DNA of 64,000 bases. It comes from Nitrososphaeraceae archaeon. Its GTDB lineage: Archaea > Thermoproteota > Nitrososphaeria > Nitrososphaerales > Nitrososphaeraceae. This document shows positions 11,176-22,135 of the stretch, piece by piece. The stretch is from NCBI GenBank assembly GCA_035297365.1, contig DATGZA010000014.1, forward strand, positions 160,001-224,000, given 5' to 3'. The position numbers and the translations under genes were made by a program. Position 1 is the stretch's first letter, and each line of letters begins with the position of its first letter. The notes under the pieces are model-generated. The model made no database searches. It was not told where the DNA came from and was given only the letters and a program-made list of their open reading frames with translations.

Positions 11176-11970
11176 TCAGTGATTTATTTTGGTCAATAAA
11201 AGTTTTCTTATTTCATCCTCCTTCTTTATACCTTTGATAAGATTTTTGTGAATTAAAGAACCGTATTGCAAAGCTTTTTTTGGCTGCAGAGCTGCTTCAA
11301 CTGGTACATTCAATAAAATGGCTACTTCTCGTAAAATATGTTTTCTGAGTAAGTCATTTGAACTTCTGATCTTTTTATCTATTGGTATTTTTTTTGCATA
11401 TTCTATAAAATCTCGCGATAAAAAAGGTTGCTTGACGGAAACGTTATATTCCTTTGAAACCTCCTGGATTTCCTTAATTAGTATTTGTTCATTTTCTATT
11501 TTTTTATCCATAAATTTATTTATTTCCATAATTCCGTCTGAAAATATTTGTCTGTACCTGTTATAGCCACAAAATAATTCGTCGAAGCCATTAGCAGTGA
11601 GAACAGTGTTAAACCCATTTGATGAAGCTAAAAAAGATATATAATAGAAAGCGATACAATTTTCGATATGAGATAAATTGTTACATGGTATATTCTTTAT
11701 AATTTTTTTCAACACGATGATAAAATTCTCGATATTTATTTCATATGTTATATGTTTTATACTCATTTTGTCAGAAATAAATTTAGAAAATTCAATATCA
11801 TGGGAACCTGGAAAACCTATTGAGAGTAACGTAACATCTTTAAAATTATCCTTTACAATCTTTGCTAACAACGAACTATCTAACCCGCCAGAAAAAGCAA
11901 TAGCAAAATTTTCCCTTCTATCCACACTAATATCTATTGATTTTAAAATTTCACAAATTATATCAAACAA
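11176..11970 (-). CDS. Asparagine synthase-like protein, synthetase domain only
   Basis: PP-loop AFSGGLDSS, ANGFDELFCGY and PKKALQYGS motifs. No N-terminal Ntn glutaminase domain. Confidence 0.82.
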   Translation of the reverse strand: MFDIICEILKSIDISVDRRENFAIAFSGGLDSSLLAKIVKDNFKDVTLLSIGFPGSHDIEFSKFISDKMSIKHITYEINIENFIIVLKKIIKNIPCNNLSHIENCIAFYYISFLASSNGFNTVLTANGFDELFCGYNRYRQIFSDGIMEINKFMDKKIENEQILIKEIQEVSKEYNVSVKQPFLSRDFIEYAKKIPIDKKIRSSNDLLRKHILREVAILLNVPVEAALQPKKALQYGSLIHKNLIKGIKKEDEIRKLLLTKINH

Positions 11971-12174
11971 TTATCACTCAATACAAGTATCCTTTTAATC
12001 TAAGTTTTAAATATAGCTTTATAAATTTTCTGACAATTTATATTGTTTTTTACATTTTGTTTATTATTCAAAGAAAATATTTTTCTATAGTACTCAATGT
12101 TTTAAAAATAATAATTATTTACCAACATTAAAGATTTTTATATAAAATATTTCGATATTTAATTAAATTAAGAT

Positions 12175-12987
12175 ATGACTCGTAATCTCGTGGAAAACGA
12201 TATTAAATATATCAATCATAATGGGGTACATCTTTCAAATAGAACCAAATTATCTTTATCAAATTTATTCATTTTCTTAGGAAAAGATCATGAAATTGAT
12301 GCAAAAATTATGTCACCTAATAATAAAATGTTTATCATTGATTTCAAGATTGAAGACAACAAGTATATACAGGTAATAGATTCTGAGGAGGATTTTGATA
12401 AATTTAATAAGATTAAAGAAGATTTACCAGATCTTGATATTATAGCAATTGGTTCATCAAAATATGCCGGCAAATCAACAGAATTTGAGTCGTTATTCCT
12501 TTTTGATTCTAAAAATTGCCGTATAGGTTCTATTTTTATTGAGGATCCTTCTTTGTCTTTTGATTATGCCCATATTCTACCTCTAGTTACAAAATGCTCC
12601 ATTCTTCATGGACATACTTCAACAGTAATGGTTGAAATCATTGGAAATATGAGTAATGGCTTAGTTATGGATTTTAGCGAGGCTAAAAGACTTATCAAAG
12701 AGGCAATTAATAATTTAGATCATAAATTTTTTATCAATAGACAATATCTACTAAAAGAAGACGAAATCTATTATTTTGTTCAGTTTGAGGGACCTAGAGG
12801 ATTTTTCAATCTCCAATTACCAAAATCAACTGTCTATCTTTTAGAAGATGAGGCTACGGTGGAAAATCTTTCTAGGGAGATAATAAAAATACTTTCTCCA
12901 AAAATGCCCAAAAATATAGATGCATTGGGAGTTTATATTTATGAAGGAGTTAATAAAGGCGCCCACCTTTTGGCCAATTTAAAATAG
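12175..12987 (+). CDS. queD: 6-carboxy-tetrahydropterin synthase (QueD/PTPS) with N-terminal extension
   Basis: AH, CSILHGH, MDF, LDH and TVENL motifs in the C-terminal 150 aa. Confidence 0.82.
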   Translation: MTRNLVENDIKYINHNGVHLSNRTKLSLSNLFIFLGKDHEIDAKIMSPNNKMFIIDFKIEDNKYIQVIDSEEDFDKFNKIKEDLPDLDIIAIGSSKYAGKSTEFESLFLFDSKNCRIGSIFIEDPSLSFDYAHILPLVTKCSILHGHTSTVMVEIIGNMSNGLVMDFSEAKRLIKEAINNLDHKFFINRQYLLKEDEIYYFVQFEGPRGFFNLQLPKSTVYLLEDEATVENLSREIIKILSPKMPKNIDALGVYIYEGVNKGAHLLANLK

Positions 12988-13149
12988 GTTCGTTTTTCAT
13001 ATTGGTATTCCATAATTTTCTTTTTGTGTTCCTTTTTAAATTTAATACCTAAATTTTTAAACTGGAGAGTAATATCCCATCAAATAAGGATATATCTATA
13101 CCAACGTTAATAACCACATTGTAATATAAAGACTAACTAAATCTGAGAG

Positions 13150-15546
13150 ATGGAACCTAAAATCACTTTAAAGTCTTGGAATCATATATTAGAATCAAAA
13201 ATTCTCAAATCTTGGGAACACGAAGATCTATATAATTTTAATTTAAAAGAAAATAATATTAACAATATATTTGTAATAGATACTCCCCCACCATATCCCT
13301 CAGGAAGACCATGGCATATTGGTGCAGCAGCACATTATGCACAGATTGATATGATTGCAAGATCGGCGAGAATGGAAGGAAATGTTGTTATGTTTCCAAT
13401 TGGGATAGATCGAAATGGTCTTCCAGTTGAAATTTACACAGAAAGAAAATACAAGGTCAGAATGAGACAAATGGAAAGGGAAAAATTCCTAGACCTCTGC
13501 AAGTCTGCCCTTGATGATCTTGAATCAGAAATGATCAATATCATGAAAAATCTCGGAATTAGTGCTAACTTTAAAGAATATTATAGAACAGATTCGGTTG
13601 AATTTAGATCTCTCACTCAGAAAACATTTATCGATTTGTGGAATAAAGGTCTTGTATATATTTCTAACAGACCTAATAATTATTGTACAGATTGCGGTAC
13701 AACCATTGCGGATGCAGAAATAATTTATGAAGATCTTCCGACAAATTTAGTTTACATGTATTTCGCTATTGAAAATAGCAATACTGATAAATTAATTATA
13801 GCATCAACTCGTCCAGAATTGCTTTTTGCATGTCAAGCTATCATAGTTAATCCTAAAGATGATCGGTATTATCAATTCCACGGAAAAAAAGTAATACTGC
13901 CACTTTTCAACAGGAAAGTACCAATTCTTGTTCATCACTCAGTAAAACAGGAATTTGGAACAGGTATGGTAATGGTATGTAGTTACGGAGATCAAAATGA
14001 TGTGCAAGTTTTTAGAGACTTGAATCTAAAGGAAATAGTTGCTCTTGACCAAAATGGTTATACTACAGATGAGGCTACGCCTTACCAAAATTTAATGATT
14101 AATAATGCAAGAGAAAAAATAGTTAAAGATTTAAGAGAATGTGGCTTCGTTGAACGGGAGGAAAAAATAGTTCATCGTACACCACTTTGTGAAAGAAGTA
14201 AGACGCCGGTACAAATCATCCCTCTACATGACTATTATTTAAGGCAATTAGAATATGTGGAAGTATTGAAAGACATCTCAAAAAATATTTGTTTTTATCC
14301 TGAGATACATAAGCAGATCTTAAATAATTGGCTTGATGCAATTTCAATAGATTGGCCAATTTCAAGAAGAAGATTTTATGGTACTGAAATACCTGTATGG
14401 TTTTGTAATAAATGTCAAACTCCAAATCTTCCTGATTCTGGACAGTATTATCAGCCTTGGAAGGAAAGACCGCCTTTCGATAGGTGTTCTAATTGTGGAT
14501 CAACAGAGTTTACTGGAGAGGAAAAAACTTTTGATACATGGATGGATTCTAGTATTACACCGTTATTTATTTCCAAATTCTCCCGAGATGCGAAATTTTA
14601 CAAGCATACTTATCCTTGTACAATCAGACCCCAGGCAAAGGATATTATAAGAACGTGGTTGTATTATACTCTGCTTAGATGTTACCAGCTTACGGACACA
14701 TTAGCTTGGAATAATGTATGGATTATGGGATATGGAGTTGATGAAAAAGGGAAAAAAATGAGTAAAAGTAAAGGTAATGTCATTGATCCTTTTCCTGTTA
14801 TACAGCAGTTTGGAGCTGATACATTTAGATTTTGGTCTGCAAGTGAAACAAATTTAGGTCAAGATTTTCGTTGTTCTGAGCAAAGTATATCTATATCTCA
14901 AAAATTTTTGTCTAAATTGTGGAATTTAGGGAGATTTCTATCATCATTTCCAATCCCTAAAGAAATTTTTGCAGAAATTGATAGAAAAAGTATTTTACCA
15001 ACTGATAAATGGATACTTTCAGAATTATTTAGACTTGTGGAGAATTGTAGTAAGGGATACAATATATTTAATTTTTTCATTCCTTCTAATCATATACGTG
15101 ACTTTACTTGGAATCTTTTTGCTTCCCACTATGTTGAGATGGTCAAATCCCGAGTCTATGATGATTCTGATCCAACCTCTCAAAATTCTGCACTTTATGC
15201 ATTGCATAAATGTTTTTCGACCATATTGCTATTACTTGCACCAATTTGTCCATTTATCACCGAAGAACTATGGAAAACACTTTATTCTTCACGAAGTATA
15301 CATTTACAGAAAAAACCATTGACAAATGATTTTTTCAAAGATTTTGAAAAATTTACAGAAAAAATCGTCGAATTTAATTCATTTGTATGGAATAAGAAAA
15401 AAGAATCTATTAACCCAAATACTGGTAAACCTGCTTCATTAAAAGACCCCATCTCACTATCCGTTCCATTAGAGTTGCAAGAATTCCAAAAAGATCTTCA
15501 GCATATGCACAATTTGCATAATATCAATAATATTAACGATAATTGA
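13150..15546 (+). CDS. valS: Valine--tRNA ligase
   Basis: DTPPP, HIGA (HIGH variant), GTG editing motif, DWPISRR, DTWMDS and KMSKS. Confidence 0.95.
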   Translation: MEPKITLKSWNHILESKILKSWEHEDLYNFNLKENNINNIFVIDTPPPYPSGRPWHIGAAAHYAQIDMIARSARMEGNVVMFPIGIDRNGLPVEIYTERKYKVRMRQMEREKFLDLCKSALDDLESEMINIMKNLGISANFKEYYRTDSVEFRSLTQKTFIDLWNKGLVYISNRPNNYCTDCGTTIADAEIIYEDLPTNLVYMYFAIENSNTDKLIIASTRPELLFACQAIIVNPKDDRYYQFHGKKVILPLFNRKVPILVHHSVKQEFGTGMVMVCSYGDQNDVQVFRDLNLKEIVALDQNGYTTDEATPYQNLMINNAREKIVKDLRECGFVEREEKIVHRTPLCERSKTPVQIIPLHDYYLRQLEYVEVLKDISKNICFYPEIHKQILNNWLDAISIDWPISRRRFYGTEIPVWFCNKCQTPNLPDSGQYYQPWKERPPFDRCSNCGSTEFTGEEKTFDTWMDSSITPLFISKFSRDAKFYKHTYPCTIRPQAKDIIRTWLYYTLLRCYQLTDTLAWNNVWIMGYGVDEKGKKMSKSKGNVIDPFPVIQQFGADTFRFWSASETNLGQDFRCSEQSISISQKFLSKLWNLGRFLSSFPIPKEIFAEIDRKSILPTDKWILSELFRLVENCSKGYNIFNFFIPSNHIRDFTWNLFASHYVEMVKSRVYDDSDPTSQNSALYALHKCFSTILLLLAPICPFITEELWKTLYSSRSIHLQKKPLTNDFFKDFEKFTEKIVEFNSFVWNKKKESINPNTGKPASLKDPISLSVPLELQEFQKDLQHMHNLHNINNINDN

Positions 15547-15617
15547 ATGTTATTCCTATTTACTTTATGAAATTGTGAAAAGAAAAATGATGATTGATAA
15601 TACTACATTAAAAACAA

Positions 15618-16004
15618 TTAACTATCTATCTTACCATCAATCATGTCCAAAGAATCTTCCGCTATGTCGATTACTGTATGCGAATCAATATTCGGTTCCA
15701 AAGTAATCAAAACTACCATTTTGTCTAAGTATATTGTCAGAATAGATATTTTTTCACGTTCTACGTAGGAGAATCTAACCTTTCCCAAGGTTTCGTCAAA
15801 TCTTTCTCTCATGGATCTTCTAATAGATGTTTGAGCAAGATAGAGTTCCTCGCTTGTTTCATCTACAATAGAGTCAATACCTTTCCTCATACCACCAGCT
15901 ATCAATACCCCGCTCTCATCAACTACCCCGGCATATCTTATGTCATCATGTAAAGCAAATATCGATTTACATAACTTATTGTAATCCATTGGTAAGTTAA
16001 CCAA
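15618..16004 (-). CDS. Roadblock/profilin-like thaumarchaeal protein (DUF6659-like)
   Basis: IRYAGVVD..G.LIAGGMRKG...F...LG.V pattern typical of this expanded family. Confidence 0.72.
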   Translation of the reverse strand: MVNLPMDYNKLCKSIFALHDDIRYAGVVDESGVLIAGGMRKGIDSIVDETSEELYLAQTSIRRSMRERFDETLGKVRFSYVEREKISILTIYLDKMVVLITLEPNIDSHTVIDIAEDSLDMIDGKIDS

Positions 16005-17167
16005 TAAATCTATTATTGAATGTTCGGGTTGCTCTTAAAAATAAATAACTAAGACCATAAATCAAATTTTATACTAAAGCCAGCCTAATTTCAGCTTGAA
16101 TTTAACATACAAGAAAAACATGTATCTGAATACAAGAAAAACACGATTTTTAGTAATTTTTCTCATTCTGCTCAAACGATATTTTACAAACGACATTGCT
16201 ATTTCAATAATAATATACAAACATCTTTCACTTAAAGTTTACCAGAAACGAATTTATTTAGTTTTAAGCAATTTTATTTATAAATTTTATATAAAACTTT
16301 TGACTTCTTCTTTAATAGATTTAACAAATCATGAGCTATTAATAACTTATTCTTTTTAATTAAATTCTTGATATTAAAACAAAAATACCACATTCATTTA
16401 AGATAATTCAAAGAACTGTTTTAACAAACAAAATTTAATAGATAGAACTTGAAATCGTGACTGACATTTATCGAAATATCAAGAATATTATTTTATAGAT
16501 TAAGGTAATTAGTTTTTATCTACATCTTTATTTTGCAATTTTACTGTCATGTTTCAAAATAAATAAAACACCATTGGTTTTTTATGAAAAATACACTTCT
16601 ATACAATAGCCATATAAGTATTAACAAAATACTATATTTGTAATTGTATATTTTCATTAACGTTCTGGCAATGCCATCAAACAGTAATATTTCCAATTAT
16701 TTACAGCAATATTATTTATATTTAGTCACTTTTATTTTTTATAATATCATATTTATATAGCTATATTTATCTAAACATTGTGGAATAAAAGATAATAACT
16801 CAGGGTGATAGATTTTAGGTTAGCTGGTTCCAATTTTTTTTTACGCAAATTCATTATAATATTAAATTACAATAATAGATAAGAAGAATCATTTTTCTAT
16901 TCAATTACTATAATAGTTAAGTACAGTTAAAAAATGAGATAATACTATGGTAAAGACGATTATAATAAGTTATTGAACTTAAACTATATAAATGTCTCCA
17001 TCTTTTTATTTTCCAGAGTTAACTCTACAAATTAAACTTCCCAGTACGAAACAAATAGGAAAAAACCAAAATAAGTTGAATCGAAATATTGATTAAGTAG
17101 CTGCAAAATTTGATTAAATATTATTAACCTTTATATAGTAAGGAATTTAGTGATTTTCTTTCTCAAT
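16005..17167. other. Candidate replication origin region
   Basis: 1.16-kb very AT-rich, apparently non-coding stretch next to the cdc6 operon; ORB-like TTCCCAGTACGAAACAAATAGG at 17038-17059. Confidence 0.4.
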
Positions 17168-17473
17168 CTAAAGATAATGTTTTTCGCCAGTATATCCTAT
17201 ATCTTGAAAAAATGAAATTATTTTTTTTATAAACTTGTCTTCTCTATTTAATGAATAAACATAATTTCCTAATTTCTGTTCTATTACCCAATTTATCTTT
17301 ATCAACTCTGATAAATTTCTTTTAATATCTTCTCTTTTCAAGTGCGTTTTCTTGTGAAGAGCATAAACGGTAAACAATTTGTTTTCTTCAGCCATTGTTC
17401 TTAATATTCTTATTTTTCCTATTGTTCCAAAGCCCGTTTCCACTATATCTTTTACAGATCTATCTTCATTCAT
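17168..17473 (-). CDS. Winged-helix protein downstream of cdc6
   Basis: GKIRIL...YALHKKTHL..EDIKRNL..L wHTH pattern; starts 3 bp after the cdc6 stop. Confidence 0.8.
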   Translation of the reverse strand: MNEDRSVKDIVETGFGTIGKIRILRTMAEENKLFTVYALHKKTHLKREDIKRNLSELIKINWVIEQKLGNYVYSLNREDKFIKKIISFFQDIGYTGEKHYL

Positions 17474-17476
17474 CTT

Positions 17477-18640
17477 CTAACTCTTCTTCCCATTCATGAT
17501 ATCTTCTAAAATTTTTTCTAGTTTATCAATTGATGCAGATAACAAAATAATCTTTTTAAGAGAATGAATTCTTATTATCTTCTTTGTATCCAGTTCACTC
17601 AACACGTCCTCTACATCAAGTTTTTTTATCTTATTTTCTTCAGCGATATCTATGACCTGCATTCTGATCTCTTTTAGTTCTACATGATCCTTTTTTTTGA
17701 TTCGCAATCCTCTAATTATTGCAAGTAGTGTAACAATTTGTTCCTTGGATAAATCCTTAAGATCTTCATCGGTTATCCCTTTATAAATTTGTTCATGTAC
17801 TCTTTTAACTTGGTCTAAAAGTATTTTTTTTGTTCCTTCATTCTCAGCAATATTTCCTGCATATGTTAAAAGATCTAATGCGTATCTAATATCTCCATTT
17901 ATCTCAGGTGAAATAATTATCCTTGAGATCCAATCTATTATATCTGTAGAAATCACCTCTTTATTGAAAGCCTCTACTGATCTTTGTACGAGTATATCAC
18001 TGACTTGTTCAATTGTATATGTTGGAAATTCAATTGGTACTCTTCCTAAAGAACTTAATTCTGCTTCATCTAATTTTTCATAAAATTCAATACTTCTAGC
18101 AATAAAGATGACTCCCTTAACATTACATCTCTTATTAGGGTTGAATTCATTGAGGCGGGTCAAGTCATAAATTATTCCAATATCTTTTGATATCTTGATG
18201 AGATAGTCAATCTCATCCAATATTATTAAAGCATAAGATGATGTATTATCGAGATACTCAATCATTTGTCTTAACATCTCTTCAGCACTCAGTCCTTGTG
18301 CTGGTAATTCCGGAGCGATACATCCAAGCATATATTTATAAATCGCGTATTTGTTACCACCTTGTAATTTTAGATTAATATACACAATTTTTGAATTAAT
18401 TTTATTATTTGCTAGTTCTTCTTTTAATAAATTTCCAAATCTAATAAGTGTAGATGTCTTACCTATTCCAGCTTGACCTATTATCTGTAAAATTGTCAGG
18501 GGGTATTTGTCGGGATCGTTTTTTAAATTACTAAATGTTCTTTTGAGTAGATCAATTTGTTTTTCCCTGTGTGGCAACTCTTTTGGAATATATCTTGGCG
18601 AAAGTTTAGTCCGATCCTTAAAAATGAAGCTTTCCTCCAT
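17477..18640 (-). CDS. cdc6: Orc1/Cdc6 replication initiator
   Basis: LSPRYIP..LPHRE, Walker A GQAGIGKT, Walker B ILDEID, GDIRYALDLL. Confidence 0.95.
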   Translation of the reverse strand: MEESFIFKDRTKLSPRYIPKELPHREKQIDLLKRTFSNLKNDPDKYPLTILQIIGQAGIGKTSTLIRFGNLLKEELANNKINSKIVYINLKLQGGNKYAIYKYMLGCIAPELPAQGLSAEEMLRQMIEYLDNTSSYALIILDEIDYLIKISKDIGIIYDLTRLNEFNPNKRCNVKGVIFIARSIEFYEKLDEAELSSLGRVPIEFPTYTIEQVSDILVQRSVEAFNKEVISTDIIDWISRIIISPEINGDIRYALDLLTYAGNIAENEGTKKILLDQVKRVHEQIYKGITDEDLKDLSKEQIVTLLAIIRGLRIKKKDHVELKEIRMQVIDIAEENKIKKLDVEDVLSELDTKKIIRIHSLKKIILLSASIDKLEKILEDIMNGKKS

Positions 18641-18771
18641 GATATTATTTATTCATATTCTATCTAGTTGTTATTATTATTATTTCTTTATGATTTACAG
18701 ACTCGATCAAAATAAATTGATAGTATATTAGTCAATTCGTAAATATATTCAGATCCAACATATTGTTTATC

Positions 18772-19779
18772 TTAAAACAGTTTATGCTTTGATAATTTCT
18801 TTGCTTTTATAAAATCTACAAAATAATATAGATATACTCTCTCATTAATTTTTAATATCCACGGAATAAAAGATTCCTTTTTCTGAGTGGATTCATTTAT
18901 TTCAAATCCATTTTCTTCTATTAATTCTCTGAATGATCTTCCATCATATTTTTTTTCAATTTCTTTGTCTCTGTTATAATCATATGGATCTGTAAAAATG
19001 ACATCACTATGGGGTTTTAATAATTTATGAACTGATAATAATAATTCCTTTGGGCTTACCAATTCTATTAAATTCATTGCCAATATGAGGTCAAATTTCA
19101 TATTATGAAAAGGGAGAGAACTTACATCAGAGACACAAAATTCAGTATTACCTTGTATATCTTCCTGCATCAATTTACGAGCTTCTTTTATAAACGAAAA
19201 CGAAAGATCTACTCCTATGACAAATGAATATTTTTTTGCTAACTTGAGTGTAGTTTTTCCCATCGCACATCCAAGATCTAGAGCTATTCCATCAAGTTTT
19301 GGATTTATACTACTAATTACACGATCGTATAGCTCATTTGGATTTATGTTCCATCTTAACGATTTAATTAATCTATCCTCGTCATGTTTTTCTAGTTCTA
19401 GCCACTTATATGGTGAGTACCATATTCCACCATCTTCATATATGTTACTTCCAATTGGACTAAATAAAGATTCGCCAGCGTTTCTCAAAAAATCCTTCAT
19501 TTCGTTTGTTTGACATTCTAATAACCATTTCCCATACATTTCAGTACGATTTTGAATATAATTTGAAAAATTCTTTAGAATTATTGCAACCCCTTCTATT
19601 ATGGGGTATTTGGAATTACAATCTGGACATATTAAAAAACCTTCAATACAGTCTTTTCCCTCCTTATCTATTAGATTTTCTATCTGCAATCTGATTTGTT
19701 TATCTAAATGATTTAGACATATTAGGTGATTTGCGAAAAGTCTTTTCAATCTTCGGTCTAAGTAGTAATTATTTGGCAA
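18772..19779 (-). CDS. Class I SAM methyltransferase with Trm112-like N-terminal module
   Basis: CPDCNSKYPIIEGV, LDLGCAMG, GVDLS and LPF...FDL motifs. Confidence 0.85.
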   Translation of the reverse strand: MPNNYYLDRRLKRLFANHLICLNHLDKQIRLQIENLIDKEGKDCIEGFLICPDCNSKYPIIEGVAIILKNFSNYIQNRTEMYGKWLLECQTNEMKDFLRNAGESLFSPIGSNIYEDGGIWYSPYKWLELEKHDEDRLIKSLRWNINPNELYDRVISSINPKLDGIALDLGCAMGKTTLKLAKKYSFVIGVDLSFSFIKEARKLMQEDIQGNTEFCVSDVSSLPFHNMKFDLILAMNLIELVSPKELLLSVHKLLKPHSDVIFTDPYDYNRDKEIEKKYDGRSFRELIEENGFEINESTQKKESFIPWILKINERVYLYYFVDFIKAKKLSKHKLF

Positions 19780-19885
19780 AAATATAATTCTATGTTATTA
19801 GAAAAATATGAAGATTAATTAATATCAGATTATAAGAAAAAAATGGAAAAATTAAATTTACTATCAAGTAAATTTAGCTCTTTTT

Positions 19886-21220
19886 TTATGATACTACTAC
19901 TATTCCTCTAGATATTCCATTCCTCGTTTTATCGGCGGAGACAGTATCTGGAAAGGTTATTCCTTTGATGTTCAATTCTATCTGGTAAATTCCTTTGGAT
20001 GGAAATTTAATCATCTGTGAATCCGATGCGTTCTTTGCAGTTAGATTTTCTTTTTTTATAATTTGATTTCCTTTTTGATCATAAAAAGTTAGGTCATAAT
20101 TTATATCTCCCTTAATTGCTGAATCTGCCAATGCATCAGAAAAGTTTAATTTTAATGCATTATCTTGATTTGATAGTACTTCACTAGGCCATTCAAATCT
20201 TGTTAGTATTCCTCCCCTGTCTGATACAATCTCTGGTGTTGTTTCGACAATTTTTTCTTTAGCGGGGGATAGATTAAATATCATAGTTTTTAAACCTTGG
20301 TTTTGAAGAGATTCTGCTAGCTTTAAAATATCCACTTTGTTCAAAAGGAAGTGTAATATTAAGTTCTTTTCCTCTGTAAATGGGTCAATAGCAATGGCCC
20401 TTCCAGTCATAGGATTGCCGTTTACTAATGCATGGAAAGAAGTACTATCTCCAAATTCATTAAATACTTTAGGTATCTTGACTTCCTCATGTACGAAAAT
20501 ATTTTGTTCTTGGATTCTCTTGAGATCCCAATTAAAAGGCATTACCCATGAAATATCTTTCTTTAGTGAATCATAAGTAAAATTCTGTATTTGATCATAA
20601 TAAGATACTATGGTAATATTGTAGTTCTTGTCACTTTCCTTAATATTGTTCTTATAGATGTCGCCGACACTTAGATAAGAATCAAACCTAGGTGCAGTTT
20701 CAGGAGTGAAAATATTTCTATCGTTATCTATTCCAAATATTTCTATTGCAAAGTGATATAATCCTCCTTCCAACAATATGGGGCCGCTTACAGAGATATC
20801 TCCGGTTTCACTTGTCCAACCGCCAAGAAAGGGTTCTGTTGAACCAAAAATATTTACAAAATCTCCTTGTTGTGGGTTTATTTTTAGTTTCAAAGGTCCC
20901 TGATGTGAATGAAACAGGTCCCTCATTATCAATTTTCCATCTTTTTCTACCGAAATAAAATACGAAACATGCTCTATGTTTTTGTCAGTCTTCGCATCAA
21001 ATAATTTTAATTCAAAAAAGGCGTTTTCCTTGCTTTCAGATGTTAGAATGGGTGGACTGATTTTTGTATATAAACTTGCTTCCCTGTCTCCGACGGACGC
21101 AGGAGGTAATGTTTCTTCGAATAGACCATCTGCAACAACATTCTGAATAGGGCTGATTATAAAAAATACAACTACAAATAAAACTGTTAATAACTGTCCA
21201 TAAAGAAGATTTTTTAACAT
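19886..21220 (-). CDS. Secreted conserved thaumarchaeal protein
   Basis: Signal peptide, then DGLFEETLPPASVG, FHSHQG, GGLYHF and HEEVKIP; long clean ORF. Confidence 0.75.
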   Translation of the reverse strand: MLKNLLYGQLLTVLFVVVFFIISPIQNVVADGLFEETLPPASVGDREASLYTKISPPILTSESKENAFFELKLFDAKTDKNIEHVSYFISVEKDGKLIMRDLFHSHQGPLKLKINPQQGDFVNIFGSTEPFLGGWTSETGDISVSGPILLEGGLYHFAIEIFGIDNDRNIFTPETAPRFDSYLSVGDIYKNNIKESDKNYNITIVSYYDQIQNFTYDSLKKDISWVMPFNWDLKRIQEQNIFVHEEVKIPKVFNEFGDSTSFHALVNGNPMTGRAIAIDPFTEEKNLILHFLLNKVDILKLAESLQNQGLKTMIFNLSPAKEKIVETTPEIVSDRGGILTRFEWPSEVLSNQDNALKLNFSDALADSAIKGDINYDLTFYDQKGNQIIKKENLTAKNASDSQMIKFPSKGIYQIELNIKGITFPDTVSADKTRNGISRGIVVVS

Positions 21221-21270
21221 CTAAGCGTGTGAATATTGTCCTAGTTTTTAAAAATCTTTCTTTTATAAAC

Positions 21271-21330
21271 CAGTTTATTGAATAGATAAAAATTTTTCGC
21301 AGTTTATTGAATAGATAAAAATTTTTCGCA
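21271..21330. repeat. Perfect 29-bp tandem duplication covering the nep1 stop codon
   Basis: CAGTTTATTGAATAGATAAAAATTTTTCG at 21271-21299 and 21300-21328. Confidence 0.95.
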
Positions 21331-22020
21331 TTCATAAATCAATCTGGAAACTACAACATGTGCTTCTAAACTATATTTAGATATCGAATATATTTTATCC
21401 ATCCTGTCAATAACTTCTTGGGAAAGATGTCCACTTTGAAATCCTCCAATTACAAAAACGTAATGGCCATCATCTTTTTTCAAGTTTTCAGTTAAAATGG
21501 TCTCGATATCTTGATATTTTCCAAAGGTCGAAAAGCCTATAATTTCGTCAGGTTTCACAATTTTTCCTATTAATTCACTAAAAGTCATATCCTTGACTTG
21601 TAATAGAATATTCCTATCTGAATTTGAAGATAATATCTCCTTCTCAAGGAATAGCTTCATCATCAATCCTTCAAATCTTTTATAAGATTTTGGAATCCGT
21701 AAATTCTCCCCTATCAGAATTACTTTATTATCAATTGTGTGAATATAAACTCCTACTAACCTATTATAAAATAAAGGCGTAGAAAGTATAGATAACAAAC
21801 ATAAATGTATTATATCAGGACGTCCACGTTTCCATCTTGATTCAATTTTCCCCTTTTCCATAGCAGAATAGTGATAATTTATATCTAGCAAAATTTCTTT
21901 TACAGGTCTTTTCATCTTTTTCGCATAATTTTTAACAACAATAATGTTTTGTAAGTTTTTTGGGATGGTTTCAAGGGCTGCCTCGGCAATTATTATCGAT
22001 AACCGCAATTTAAAAATCAC
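21304..22020 (-). CDS. nep1: 16S rRNA pseudouridine N1-methyltransferase Nep1/Emg1
   Basis: RGRPDIIH, RIPKSYKRFEGLM and IGGF..GH SPOUT motifs. Confidence 0.93.
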   Translation of the reverse strand: MIFKLRLSIIIAEAALETIPKNLQNIIVVKNYAKKMKRPVKEILLDINYHYSAMEKGKIESRWKRGRPDIIHLCLLSILSTPLFYNRLVGVYIHTIDNKVILIGENLRIPKSYKRFEGLMMKLFLEKEILSSNSDRNILLQVKDMTFSELIGKIVKPDEIIGFSTFGKYQDIETILTENLKKDDGHYVFVIGGFQSGHLSQEVIDRMDKIYSISKYSLEAHVVVSRLIYECEKFLSIQ

Positions 22021-22135
22021 TAGTTGTAGTTGTTTATAATTTGGTTGTGATTCAGCGCAATAAATTAAAATTATTTATTTTTTAATCGATTTTCTTACAC
22101 ATCAAAGAAAGGTATTTTTATCTCAACAATTCAAT

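Noticed and set aside
16096-16359. 87-aa ORF in the cdc6-adjacent spacer
   Set aside because: Composition typical of random AT-rich DNA and no motif.
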